Origin: Octopus vulgaris
Lineage: Eukaryota
Direction: 5' to 3'
Assembly (NCBI GenBank): GCA_951406725.2
Contig: OX597815.1
Coordinates: 85,622,001-85,686,000 of the forward strand
DNA length: 64,000 bases
The translations under genes and the position numbers were made by a program. Every line of letters starts with the position of its first letter. Position 1 is the stretch's first letter. Shown piece after piece: positions 27,908 through 40,796 of this stretch. A model generated the notes under the pieces. That model was not told where the DNA came from. It saw only the letters and a list, made by a program, of their open reading frames with translations, and did not search any database.

Positions 27908-29321
27908 CAATCCTGAAATCAGTGATTCATGTGTTATCAACTTACAGTCTGTAGTTCCTCCATTTTCGGTCTTTTCTCCTTTTAACGACATGGTTTGTAC
28001 TTCCATGACACTGATCATCAAATACTATTTTCATATGTATCTATTGATATCCACACGTTCTTTCTTCACATCATCAACTCAACGAGTTTTTCCCCTACCT
28101 CATACCCTATATAAAGTTCAATGCGTTTTTCATAAAGGTATCTCTCTTCAAATCACAGCGAGCTTGACGGCTGGCCTATATGTCTGCCTGTCTATGCATT
28201 TAATCAGTTTCTACTTTACGCAATCATTTAATGTAAACATCAAACATACAGTCACCAAGCAGATAGCTTTCTTATCCTTTCTTTCGTGTTTACGACTCTT
28301 ATCATGATAGTTATTTTCTTCCCAGTGCTTTCACCTGTTATATCGACTTAAGAATATTAATACCATTAAACTAATAGTTTGATTCATACCTTCCTTCTCT
28401 GAAATATTTCATAAGAAAGATAGCGCTTGAGAAATGAGATTTTTGAAAAAATTAATGTTGTGTTAGCGTTGTCGTTATTGTCTTTCTTTTACGCTTTTTT
28501 TTCTATAAGTTGCTCACATAATATGGTTTATTTGGGATTATTTCATTTTTTTTATTTACCTTAAGCAGTATATGGACATTTTCCAACGCCTCCACAGAAA
28601 TGTTGATTCAAGATGAACGAGAAAACCCCCAAAATTTCTTTTCATTATCGATATTAGATTCCGGAAATCCAAGTGTAAAATGATCTAAGGTGAAATAACT
28701 TCAGCCTCGGCAGTTTTTCAAAGACAGATGAGATTTGAGAATTTTTTATCTTACAGGAATTCTTCATATACATGTCTCACAATTTGAAAGAAGTTTCTTT
28801 CTTACCAAAGTGTAAAACGATCTGTACCTAGTTTCAGTAACGACATAAAAGTATTCGCTGTCAGGTATTTTAGTAAGTCAACAAGAGCAATGCAGGCAAG
28901 AATTGCTTCTTCTCTAAGTAAAGCTGTACATTAGTTTTAGAGAATCGATGTTTTCTCCTTGAAATTAGGGAAATACTAAGTAAGGTGAAATTTCGATGTC
29001 GATATGCTTCAGTGATTCATGCATGAAGCAATATAATTGTAAGTTTCAATTAAATTCACCACCTAAAATATATCCTGTCATACAATTAGTCAGGTATTAG
29101 TTTGTATTATTTGTGCTATTTAAATTTTTATTACAATATACAGTATGATTTACCTGTCGATCATAGCCAAAAATATCAACGCAGAATTTTAGGGGACAAT
29201 CGTTTCTCTGTAATAAGAGAGATGGTAGAAGCGTTCAGAGAGTTTTTGCACCATGATGCTGATGATGCTGATGCTGATAATAATAATAATAATGACAACA
29301 ACAACAACAACAACAACAATA

Positions 29322-31883
29322 ATGAAACTGAAGCCCTTGATGGTGACAGTGTTGTACCCAGCAGGCTCAGAGACACTGGTCCGGCTCCAGCCTGTCGTTA
29401 TCCAGCAATGGATTAAAACAGACGGCGTAGAGGGAACAAACAAGTCAATGTTGTGGTCATGGAGTGTTACTACTTGAGTAACCCTGTAGATGAAAATGGT
29501 GCTCATATTAGGGGGTACCAAAAACATATGTATGATCAATGGAGAGAAATAGGATTGTTTCAACTCACGGAACAGAGATTATGTGATCAAGCTAGAGCAA
29601 TAAGGAAAATCGTTGGTTCACAGAAGCAGAGCTCGAAGCTATCAAAAGACGGGTATTGGAAAATAGCAGCAGAGGAAACGATGAAAATACAGTCCTTATT
29701 GATAAAAGTAATCTCATAGCAGAAAACGGAGGTGAGATCTCTAATAAACCACAGGAAAGGAATAATGATAGCTTGCTCGATGAGAGGCATATAGATGGTC
29801 TGGAAGAAGACAATAGAACTAATGGTGACATGACAGATGGGTGAAAGGCAATCTACGACAAAATAAAGGCAGGGATACAGGAGAGCGGTAGCGACATTAT
29901 TTGCAACCTTAAAAAGGTTGATCGGTGGAAATTGAACTAAGAAACGAAAAATGTGAATGAAATTTTGAAATACACCAGAACAAAAAGCATCACAGCAACA
30001 AATAATTTGATCAAGGTAGCAAGTATTGTTGTAGCAGAAAATGTGGGTGTTTATGCCAAGAAAAATAAATATAAAGGGAGTGACTAAAGAAGTGGTGGAA
30101 AAGAAGAATAAAGGCGGGGTTAGATATGCTCTCGAAGGACATTTCTGTGTTAGACCGAAAAGAGAAGGGGGCTTAAAAGCGAACAAAAATACAGGGCACT
30201 GAACAGGAAGTATGATATTGAAAGATACGACCAAAGAATGAAGGGATACCAGGAGAATGGGTTATTCAGAGTAGGTCAGAAAAGATTCTACAAAGAAACC
30301 AATGGAAAGTGTACAGATGAAAAGTTGATACCAGATCACATTGAAAGTCAAAGGTTTTGAAGTGACATCAGGAGCAAAGACATGGAGCACACGAAGGATG
30401 TTGAATGGTTGCAAGAACTGAAACAAATTGTAGTCTGTCCACAACAGTGCTGATGTCAGAATGGAGTTCGAACTGAAAAAGTGTGGTGTATTAGTATTGA
30501 AAAGAGGCAAAATTAAATGTATGGACGAGCTAGCGATACCGTTGAGAGACGTTATGAAGCAAATAGAAGAGACGGGCTATAAGTACTAGCGGATACTGAA
30601 AATGGATAAATTGATGGAGAAAGTAATGACAGAAAAAATTTAAGGTGGAATATTTGCGCAGACTGAGACTAATCCTTAAGTCAAAATTAAACGAACGGAA
30701 TAAGATTGAAACTATCAACACCTAGGCGGTTTCACTCCTTAGATATGGGGCAGGGGTAATCGCATGGACATTAGACGGAAAGACAAAGAAGTTGCTGACT
30801 AGATATGGGATATTCCACCCAAAAAGTGACACAGTGTACCAAGAAAAACGAGGGGGAAGAGTATTGATTGGATGCGAACACAGCATTAGAGCAGAATAAA
30901 ACAAACACAGCATGATATGTAAAAATGCCACAGAACCGCTATTATTGGAGGTAACATGGTCAGGCTTGTGTAGGATGGAAGATTGCAAAGATAAATCACA
31001 GTACAAGCACTTGAGAATGAATGAGACTGAAATTAGGTGGATAAAGAAAAGAATGCATGGTCAATTTCATAGGGATGTTGAAGATAAGACACACAGAGAA
31101 AAAAAGATGGTTATGGATGACTAAAATTGATTTAAGACCGGAAACGGAGACCGTAATCTGTGCTGCCCAAGAGCAAGCATTAATAACGAATTACATCGAA
31201 TACAGACTAGATAACACGCCAGAAAGTGATCAGTGCAGAATTTGTGGACAAAATGGTGAAACCGCATGGCATAATACCAGTGAATGTACGCCACTAGCCC
31301 AGAAAGAATATAAGAGACGTCATGACAACATAGCAAGGATTGTCCATTGGACACTTTGCAACAAGCATGGACTCGACAGAGCAAAAGAGAGGTACGAATA
31401 TAAACCCGAAGCCATCGTCGAAAATGATAATGCAAAGACCCTATGAGATTTAATGATTCCGTGCGACAATGGGATAGAGAATAGGTAACCAGACATAGTC
31501 TTAATTGAGAAAGAAAGGAAACGATGCTGGATCATAGATATAGCATGCCCAGTTGACAACAAGGGATGCGATAAGGAAGAAAGAATAGTCGATAGATATG
31601 ACAGGTTAGATATGAGGTTAAGCAGTTATGGTTGCTGAAAAAATTTGGTAGTAGTACCAATGATTGTCGGAGCCCTGGGAACAGTGAGTACAAATATTGA
31701 GAAGTACATGGAACAAATAGGGGGTGGAATAAGGGTGAAGCACTTCCAGAAAACAGCACTGCTTGGAACTGCTCAAATACTCCGGATGGTGCTCGAAAAA
31801 TAAGGGGTTACCTTAGTTCACTGGTAGTGAACAACAGACACCGTAGTACATTTTCAGCGTTAGAAGCTGTGCAAAGACAATAA
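29322..31883 (+). mobile_element. decayed, internally deleted R4/Dong-type RLE non-LTR retrotransposon
   Basis: N-terminal VMECYYLSNP..TEQRLCDQARAIRK; MHGQF; ETETVICAAQEQAL; CRICGQNGETAWHNTSEC; RRHDNIA; PDIV..IID. The RT core appears deleted near 30447. Starts after (AAT/AAC)n and ends in (AAT)n. Confidence 0.85.
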
Positions 31884-31896
31884 AATAATAATAATC

Positions 31897-32043
31897 ATTT
31901 CTACTATAGGCGCAAGGCCTGAATTTTTTGCGGGGAGGGGGCCAGTCGATTAGGTCGACTTCAGTACGCAACTGGTAACGGCAGATGAAATACCGCTAAG
32001 CATTTCATCCAGCGTACTAACGATTCTGCCAGCTAGCCGCCTT
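31897..32043 (-). mobile_element. OK-like SINE with internal deletion
   Basis: Reverse complement of AAGGCGGC..GCTGGCAGAATCGTTAG head and GGCCTTGCGCCTATAGTAGAAA tail. Confidence 0.75.
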
Positions 32044-32056
32044 AGTAATAATAATG

Positions 32057-32147
<91 letters not shown>

Positions 32148-32189
32148 TGATGATAATAATAATAATAATAATAATAAGAAGAAGAAGAA

Positions 32190-33261
32190 GGAAAACTGAT
32201 CCAGATAGCGGCAAAACACGAGCAAAACAAAAAAACTGTTCTCAGTATTTAAGGAAGCTGACAAATACACACAAGAAATCATACCACCTAATAAACATGA
32301 AGAAGAAGAAGAAGAAGATGAAGAAACAACAAAAGCTATAAAACAAAATGAAATCCAAACTAAAAATAGAACAGCAACGAACCATGATAAAACGATGGCA
32401 AGAAAAGCCCCTTCATGGTAAATACTGGACTAAATTAAACGCAAAAGAAATAGACAAAGAAAAATCCCAGCAATGGTTTTGAAGCTCAGGACTCAAAGCA
32501 GAGACAGAGGGATTTTTAATTGCAGCACAAGACCAAAGCCTCCCCACCAGAAATTACCAAAAACATGCAATGAAAAGAAATATTACAAGTAACTGCAGAA
32601 TATGTGGAGATGGACAAGAAACAATAAATCATATTATCTCTAGCTGCCCAGTCCTGGCTAAGAAGGAATATATTCACAGACATGACAGAGTTGGAACCTA
32701 CATACATTGGAAGCTATGCCAACATTATGGAATAACAACAGAAAAAAAATGGTATAGGCACACACCAGAAAAGGTCACAGAAAACGAGAAAGCAACCATA
32801 CTCTGGGATATGCTGATACACACAGATAGAGAAATTAAGGCCAACAGACCAGATATAGTTGTCAGAGATCATGAAGAAAAAAAATGTTTTCTAATTGATG
32901 TATCAATACCGGCTGATGACAACGTGTCTCTAAAAGAAATGGAGAAACTCTCAAAATACAAAGACCTGGAAATAGAGGTAACTCGAATGTGGAATCTGAA
33001 AACAGAAACAATTCCTATCATAGTAGGTACATTAGGCATGATAAAAAAATATTCAGACAAATACATAACAAAAACACCAGGACTTACAAACACATATAAC
33101 ATACAGAAAATTGCACTACTAGGCATTGCACACATCCTACGCAGAACACTTTCCATACAATAACCATCAGAGCATCACAACAAATCACAGCACATACCCA
33201 AGGCACACAGAGCTGCGCTCGGTAGTGAAGTGAAAGCACGCTATAAAAATAAAACTACTGA
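32190..33261 (+). mobile_element. 5'-truncated young R4/Dong-type LINE
   Basis: Highly similar to 40797-41940 on the opposite strand; embedded in (AAT)n on both sides. Confidence 0.9.
32570..33163 (+). CDS. R4/Dong ORF C-terminus: CCHC knuckle + restriction-like endonuclease
   Basis: CRICGDGQETINHIISSC, RHD, NRPDIVV, LIDVSIP, KLSKY (PD-(D/E)xK RLE). Confidence 0.85.
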   Translation: MKRNITSNCRICGDGQETINHIISSCPVLAKKEYIHRHDRVGTYIHWKLCQHYGITTEKKWYRHTPEKVTENEKATILWDMLIHTDREIKANRPDIVVRDHEEKKCFLIDVSIPADDNVSLKEMEKLSKYKDLEIEVTRMWNLKTETIPIIVGTLGMIKKYSDKYITKTPGLTNTYNIQKIALLGIAHILRRTLSIQ

Positions 33262-33278
33262 ATAATAATAAAAATAAA

Positions 33279-33321
<43 letters not shown>

Positions 33322-33332
33322 GCAATAATAAA

Positions 33333-33877
33333 TGCCCTCATGCAGTACCAGGCAGTGACTCTCGTGGCTTCTGATCTTAACTGATTGGAAGTGTTATCAT
33401 GTACATTGTTTTGTCTGGTTATAAAAGATGGCTACAGCAAATATTCTGCTCAATACCACAGATTTGCTTGTCAGTTGTTTGACATTAACCAGAGCTCTTA
33501 GTGGCTGACGATATGTGCATCTCTGATCACGAGCAGAAATAGTAGGGAGCATCATAGCCATGTGTTGAGAGGAATTCTTTGGGGTTTGAATAATTCACCT
33601 CTGAAAACATGGGTGTTTCGTTCAACATCCTTAAACCATCCTTATTCAGGGACATTTTGAGCGGGATGAGCTACTCGACCAGAACAAAATTCTAACTGGA
33701 GCCCATCTTCACGTTCATGTGCTGTTTATCTTTATATGAGATCACCATGTCGCGCACATATGGTTGTGATGCATGTGCCTGGTGTACCCTTATCAGATGG
33801 GTAGTCATGATGGGTATACTGGGTTTCGTATATTTTACCCCAGTGTCACTTTGATGGCATGCACTGCTCTCTCACTC
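33333..33877 (-). mobile_element. 555-bp (ATT)n-associated non-coding retroelement, near full length
   Basis: Reverse complement of 42877-43431, with a small deletion. Confidence 0.85.
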
Positions 33878-33895
33878 AATAGTATTATTATTATT

Positions 33896-33962
<67 letters not shown>

Positions 33963-36821
33963 TAATAATAATAACGTTCAGAAGTATATCTAATTTTGAC
34001 AGTTTTGTCTGAATAGTGAGTAGTCGTTATGCCTACAGAGAATTAGACCTACATTATTGCATACATTATTGCATAATAACAAATTGCTTTCATCTATATT
34101 AAATATATTTCATAGTAAGTCTGCACAGTAGTTACTGTTTAAATTGTTTTTAGGGTAAAAGACGATGACACAGCAACTCATCAATATTCGTGCTACTGTC
34201 TATAATTAACTTTGCAGTGCAGAATACTGAAATATGAACATATATATTTATTAATTTATTCATTCTAATATTTTTACTTCAAGTGGTGATCATAAAACTG
34301 AAAGTGAAAATACATTTTTAATACCCCAAAGCTGGTCCAAATACAAGGGGAGGTTTGAACGCAGTATAATGATCCAACAAAAATACTTGTCAATAAACAA
34401 CAACAACAACAACAGCAGCAGCAGCAGCAGCAACAACAACAACAACAACAACCAGTTTAATGGGCAATCGAATTTGATCCCTCTTAAACATGATTGATTC
34501 ATTTCCAAAACCCAGAAACTTTTACTAATCAATATGATAACATATATTTAATGAAACAGCTATCAACATCGCAAAAACTAACGATTCTTGGTATTTACTT
34601 ATAGTTCGATTTGAAATGGGAATCTCACTTCAAAGTTTTATAGAAAAAATGGGCTCAACATGGCACGTTATTGAAATCATTTCAATGAAATACCACGGCC
34701 TTACATGTATTATAGTTATGAACGTTTAGTTTTGTATGATAGCTAGAAGAAATGAGTTCAGACTATCTTCAAGTTATCGAAAAATTCGTACAGAAATAGA
34801 CAAAAACTACATTGAGTTTCTTAAGATGTATCTTCAAAATCGATTTATTCTATGAAACAAAGTCAACTCCTATTCACTAGCAAAAGTGTAAATTGGCAGC
34901 AGCTCAGTTCAAATAGAAAAGAAAGCAATATGATATTTAGCTATCTCAATTGACAGAACAATAAAAAAAAATCAAAATATGATAAAAAAAAATCAACAGA
35001 AAAGGCTAAAAAAGAAAAACCACAAAAACAAAACAAATTGTACTATAACAACAAGACATAATCGATATGTTTTAACGACAAGCTTAGTTATACAGATGAG
35101 TGACATTCAGACTGTGGAGTAGAGTGTGGAACTACTTGGAACTTTTAAAATGATAATACAAGTATTGCTTTCAGTTTGTATCATTATTTTAAAATATTTG
35201 ATGCAGAGTAGTGAAGAATGAAAACATTTTTAGATACTGCTCAAGGATTACTATGGAAAAAAGTAAAGCAGTTATTAACTTGAGAGTGAAATCTACTCAG
35301 TGATCAAGTATCTACGATAAGTTTTATAGTCAACAGCATAGATAAAATCCTTATCGCATGTGAGAAATAATTTTAGCATTCACTACAGAATTGAAATTAC
35401 ACAATGGTCTCATCACTGTGTATTACTTTTCAGACATTTCATAATTCCCAAAAATGTATGCGTAATGTATTAAAATATTTGAGGAATTCACTTAAAATTA
35501 TTTTGTCGAATAATCTAGCTGATCATAATGTAGCCGAAACTGCGACCACTTTTCAATTCTTAGCAGCAACTGTTTTATTAATTATCATTTAATTTGTTTT
35601 TGCAGTTACTAATTTTCTTTGGAAACTTACATATCATATGATATTTCACTATTGATTTCTAATCGTGTATAAATCTTCTAAATTATTCTCAAGATATAAA
35701 TCAATTCTTTAGACAAATGACTACGTGAAATGTTGCATGTTTTAGCTGAATCATTTAAAATGTTTTCCCATCAATCGATCTACTGATTGAATATTATTTC
35801 TATTGAAATTATTTATTTCTCCATTTTTCGCCATACAAATAACTGATGATTAAAAAACAAAAACAGACCTACAAAGCAACAACAGAACAATAAAAACAGA
35901 ATAAAACGAAAGTAAAAACATCGACAGTAATTGTAAGAAACAAAAATCTATTATTATTATTATTATTATTATTGTTATTGTTGCTGTTAATGTTGTTGTT
36001 GTTGTTGTTACTATCATCATCATCATCATCATTATTAAAACGAACTCTTCAAGATGACATATGCTATTTTGATGGCCGACATGTCACGAATAAATGATTG
36101 GAGGAATAACGTAGCAACATGACATAAAATTATTGAAACTTTCGTGATATCCATGTTGATGTTTTTTCTTCAAAATACTTCAGTTTATTTTTAAACATAT
36201 TGTTATTGTCTGTTGTGGAAACAATAAGTTGTCATACTTTGACCTGTCATGAATAGTTGATCAGAAGAAGGATATCTTATTTGGTTGAGTAACATGTACA
36301 TATTTGGGGTGGGTAGAAGAGGAAAGTAATATGTACACGACGGTAGCAAAGAGATAAAAATAACATATCCTCTCCAATGGTGAATATACACCTACATTTT
36401 AACCAAAGTAAAACGCAGATACAAAGAGTATAACTATGAAAGAAGAAAAACATAAAAGAAATCTAGGAATAATCGACCGAGTTTTCACATTTACATTTTA
36501 TCTAGTTGTACATTGCATGTTCTTTAAGAATAAAACTCTCTCACATATATATAGATAAATACTTAAAATTATTTCTTGCCTGTCATGACTTCCATCTGTG
36601 TTTAGCGCATGCGCAGAATTTGAAAGAATTTCAGTCTGGTTACATAATATATCGTATGGCAGCTATAATATTCCTACAGAATGTGTGCGCACGAGTATGT
36701 GTGTTTACGGGTACATGATGTTATTACTATTGTCGTTGTTGTTGGTGTTGTTGTTGATGTTGTTGTTGCTTTTTAGTGGTTGTAGTAGTAGTAGTAGTAG
36801 TTGTTGTTGCTATTATTATTA

Positions 36822-37990
36822 TTCAATAGTTTTATTTTATAGCGTACTTTCACTTCACTACTTGTGTCTCATCTTTGCCATACCGTTTCAAATCATCCAT
36901 GAAGAAGAGGTGGTTGATTGTTTAGGATTTTTCATTTAGTTGTTACTCCAGGTTCATTTTCTTAAGTGCCAAGATGAGGAGTGTCATGTAGAGAACGAAA
37001 AGCAACGGAGATAGGCTATCACACTGGATACAAAGAGTGCCCAAGCTTTTCCCCTAAGATGTCAGTTCAGTTTTCCATCCCACCATACTTCTCTTCAGGA
37101 AACACGTTACATTCCTCGCAATTCCAAACAGATCTAAGCACTCCATGATCCAGTAATGTGGCATCATATAAGCTTACGAAGGCGAACAAATCCAGGCTAT
37201 TCTCAGATTTGTTCGCCTTCGTTTACAATCTTGTATTACCATTTTGTCTATCAATAGTTGATCTTTGGTACCTCGGCGGTAATATATCGTTCTCATCAAG
37301 AGATTTATACAGTTCTTCTGCAATTTCTGCTGACAGTAACTTCCACATTAATGAGAGGCAGGAAATTGGTCTGTAATTTACAGCAGCATTTCCATTTGAT
37401 GCTTCCTTCAGGCACAACACCTTGCGTCCTTTTCTCAACCAGCCCGGGATTTCTTCACAATTGATCAATGCATTAAATTGCTGAGCGATCAATTTATGGC
37501 AACTACTGACCTTTTTTTATTATCCAAAATCCTTCTACACCATCAAGTCCTGCTGCTTTCCAATTGCTTATCTTTTTACTCATATTTCTGATACTGTCTT
37601 CTGTGAAGTGGATAGCCTCTTGCTGGGGATAAGAAGTGGTTTGATTCAGGATGGAGAGCCATTCAGCTGTAGTATTATGTTGTTCCTGCATACTCCATAT
37701 CTTACCCCAGAAAAGTCGACTTTCATCAACATCAGGCATTAATATTTCACGTTTTCTATCTTCATTAATCTCTTCGTAAAAATGTTTTTGGTCGGTTCTA
37801 AACTATTTGTTTTGCTGGTATTGCTTAATCCGTTGTTCAAACCTAATTAGCTTTGCTTTTTTGTATGTATACTCTGATTCTGATTCAGTTCTTCAATTAC
37901 AATATTCAGGGCTTTTGTATCTATATCATACTTCTTTCTAACTTTTTCGAATTTCCATTCATTCTTAAGTTCTTTATTTCTTTTCCTGAC
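36822..37990 (-). mobile_element. decayed R4/Dong-type LINE RT fragment
   Basis: [56 protein letters not shown], then a Dong 3' terminus and (TAA)n. Confidence 0.85.
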
Positions 37991-38000
37991 AAGTGAAAAA

Positions 38001-38080
<80 letters not shown>

Positions 38081-38097
38081 CATTATTATTATTATTA

Positions 38098-38168
<71 letters not shown>

Positions 38169-38699
38169 GTGTGAGAGAGCAGTGCATGCTATCAAATTGA
38201 CACAGGGTTAAAATATACAAAGCCAAGTATACCCATCATAGGGTACACCAGGCACATGCATCACAACCATATGCGCGCGACATAGTGATCTCATATAAAG
38301 ATAAACAGCGCATGACTTTGTCCAGTTAGAATTTCAGCAAGTCGAGTATCCCATCCTGATCAAAAGGTCCCTGAATAAGGGATGTTCAAGGATGTTGAAC
38401 AAAATACCCATGTTTCTAGAGGTGAATTATTCAAACCCCAAAAAAATTCCTCGCAACACATGGCTATGATGCTCTCCCACTACTTCTGCTCGTGATCAGA
38501 GATGCACATATCGTCAGCCACCAAAGGACATGCTCAACCTGTTAAGGTCAAGCAACTGATAAGCAAATCTGTGGTATTGAGCAGAATATTTGCTGTAACC
38601 CATCTTTTATACCAAGACAAAACAATATTATATGATAACACTTCTAATCAGTTAAGATAAGAAGCTATGCGAACCACTGCCTGGTACTGCATCAGGGTA
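38169..38699 (+). mobile_element. 555-bp (ATT)n-associated non-coding retroelement
   Basis: Same termini as 42877-43431, more diverged, with small deletions; between (ATT)n and (ACT)n. Confidence 0.85.
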
Positions 38700-38704
38700 T
38701 TTAT

Positions 38705-38762
<58 letters not shown>

Positions 38763-38878
38763 GCTGCTATCCTCCTCCTCCTCCTCCTCATCATCATCAT
38801 TATCATCATCATCAACATCATCATCATCATCATCATCGTCATCCTCCTCCTCCTCCTCCTCATCATCATGATTATCAT

Positions 38879-39065
38879 TTAGCACGCTGAGAGAAACGCT
38901 TTGCAACATTTCGTATGTCTTTATGTTCTGAGTTCAAATTTTGCAACTTTGCCTTTCATCCTTTCGGGGTCGATAAAATAAGTACCAGTGAAACACTGGT
39001 GTCGATGTTATCGACAAGTCACTTCCCCCGAAATTTCGGGCCTTGTGCCTTTAGTTGAAAGGATT
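38879..39065 (+). mobile_element. OK-like SINE
   Basis: GTTCTGAGTTCAAATT..CTTTGCCTTTCATCCTTTCGGGGTCGATAAAATAAGTACCAG core, (ATT)n tail. Confidence 0.8.
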
Positions 39066-39395
39066 ATTATTATTATCATCATCATTATTATTATTCAACA
39101 TTATTGTTAATATTAGTGCTGGTGCATCTGTCTCTCTTTTCAGCTGTCCATTCTTAGCGTACCGTTGAGTGAGAGAGTCGGAGAATGAAGTGGATGTCTA
39201 TGTCTGATCGCGACTACATATGCGTCTAAAATAATTAGCGGAAACATAATACATGTTACGAAGCAAATTCGATCACTGGTAACGACGATACGTACATACA
39301 TGCATGCATACATACATACATGATACACACATACGTACATATATACATACATAATACACACATACGTACATATATACATACATACATAATACATA

Positions 39396-39883
39396 CAACA
39401 ATATTAAGGAATGGCCTTGATAGGCCATTCGACCCACTAGAAAGAGCAGCTAAACTCAAACCGCTAAATAGTTGTAATTCAGAAACCAAAGGAAAATAAA
39501 AACATTTACCCTTATCATCTTTGGACTATGCATAGTTTCGACATACATATTGGCAAACCGATTTAATTAAATTAAATTAAATCTATTTGCCACTGGCCTG
39601 TCTCGTCAGCAAAGAAGCCAGGGAAATATATATCTACGAGGCGACAGCATCGATGCCTTGAGAATATATATTCTAAATTTTCAAAATCTACCGTCATCGC
39701 GCCAACTTATCAGCAGCAAATATAAACTGCTGATTTAATTTCAGAATTAGCCAAAAAAATCATTAATTAATCAATATAAGGGTAGCAAAAAATTCAAGAG
39801 AAATTTTTCGCCACCAGCGGTCCAGTGAGAAAGAAAAAATAGTCAACAGACTATATAATATACATTCAACAATATTAAGGAAT
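39396..39883 (-). mobile_element. non-coding hammerhead-bearing unit with 17-bp terminal direct repeat
   Basis: CAACAATATTAAGGAAT at 39396-39412 and 39867-39883; homologous in blocks to the pLTR at 23666-24070; embedded in (CATA)n. Confidence 0.75.
39518..39615 (-). ncRNA. type I hammerhead ribozyme with long stem II
   Basis: Minus strand: tctttg CTGACGA gaca..tggcaaa.agatttaatt/aattaaatc..tttgcca..tgtc GAAA ctatgcatag TC caaaga. GUC site, 6-bp stem I. Confidence 0.9.
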
Positions 39884-39910
39884 ACATACATACATATGTA
39901 CGTACATACA

Positions 39911-40230
39911 TAGGAGCACTCCGTCGGTTATGACGATGAGAGTCCCAGCTGATTCGATTAACGGAACAGCCTGCTCGTGAAATTAACATGCAAGCGGTCA
40001 AGCACTCCCCGGACACGTGTACCATTGACTCAGTTCTCAGCGAGATTCAACGTGGCACAGAATGTGACAAGGCTGGCCCTTTGAAATACAGGTACCACTC
40101 ATGTTTGCCAGCTGAGTGGACTGCAGCAACGTGAAATAAAGTGTTTTGCTCAAGGGCACAACGCGTCTCCGGGAATTGAACTCAAAGATCGTGAGCCGAA
40201 AATCGCAACCACTAAGCCAAGCGCCTTCAC
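39911..40230 (-). mobile_element. tRNA-derived SINE with (ATGT)n tail
   Basis: Minus strand GAAGGCGCTTGGCTTAGTGGTT (A box), GAGTTCAATTCCC (B box), CCCTTGAGCAAAACACTTTATTTCAC core. Confidence 0.8.
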
Positions 40231-40796
40231 TTACATACATATATACATACATACATAGGTACACACGCACACACACATGTATGCATATACATGTATGCAC
40301 AGACATACATACACACATATACATTTATACATATTCGGGGCTGATTGTATTAAGGCAGGTAGTATTCTCGCTCATATACACATGTATTTATGAGATAGAT
40401 TTTTATGTATTTATCTGAGTTACATTTAATCATGTAGGACTTCGGTTCATAGAATTAATTTTTATTTAATTAATGTGTATTCATATCTCAGGATTTTTGT
40501 TTCCTTTCTAATGTTATAAATTTCGTAAACATAATCATGATATTGAAAATAAGGTTGAAAATAACAAGAAGATTCTAGTATAAAATTTTCGAATATTTGG
40601 ATTAGGTTACCGATTATCATATAAATTTAATAATTTTAAAATTCTTATAATATATGTTATATATTATAATTCTTACAATATATGTTGAAATGAAATAAAC
40701 AAATGTAAAAAATATCAACATTTAATTTGATATATTTAATCACCTTAACGGTTTTACACGCTCACGTGGTCGCACGTTTATTATTATTATTATTCT

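Noticed and set aside
39639-39703. Second hammerhead-like relic (ggcg CGATGA...gcatcgatgc..cgcc, minus strand)
   Set aside because: Core incomplete and no GAAA next to the palindrome.
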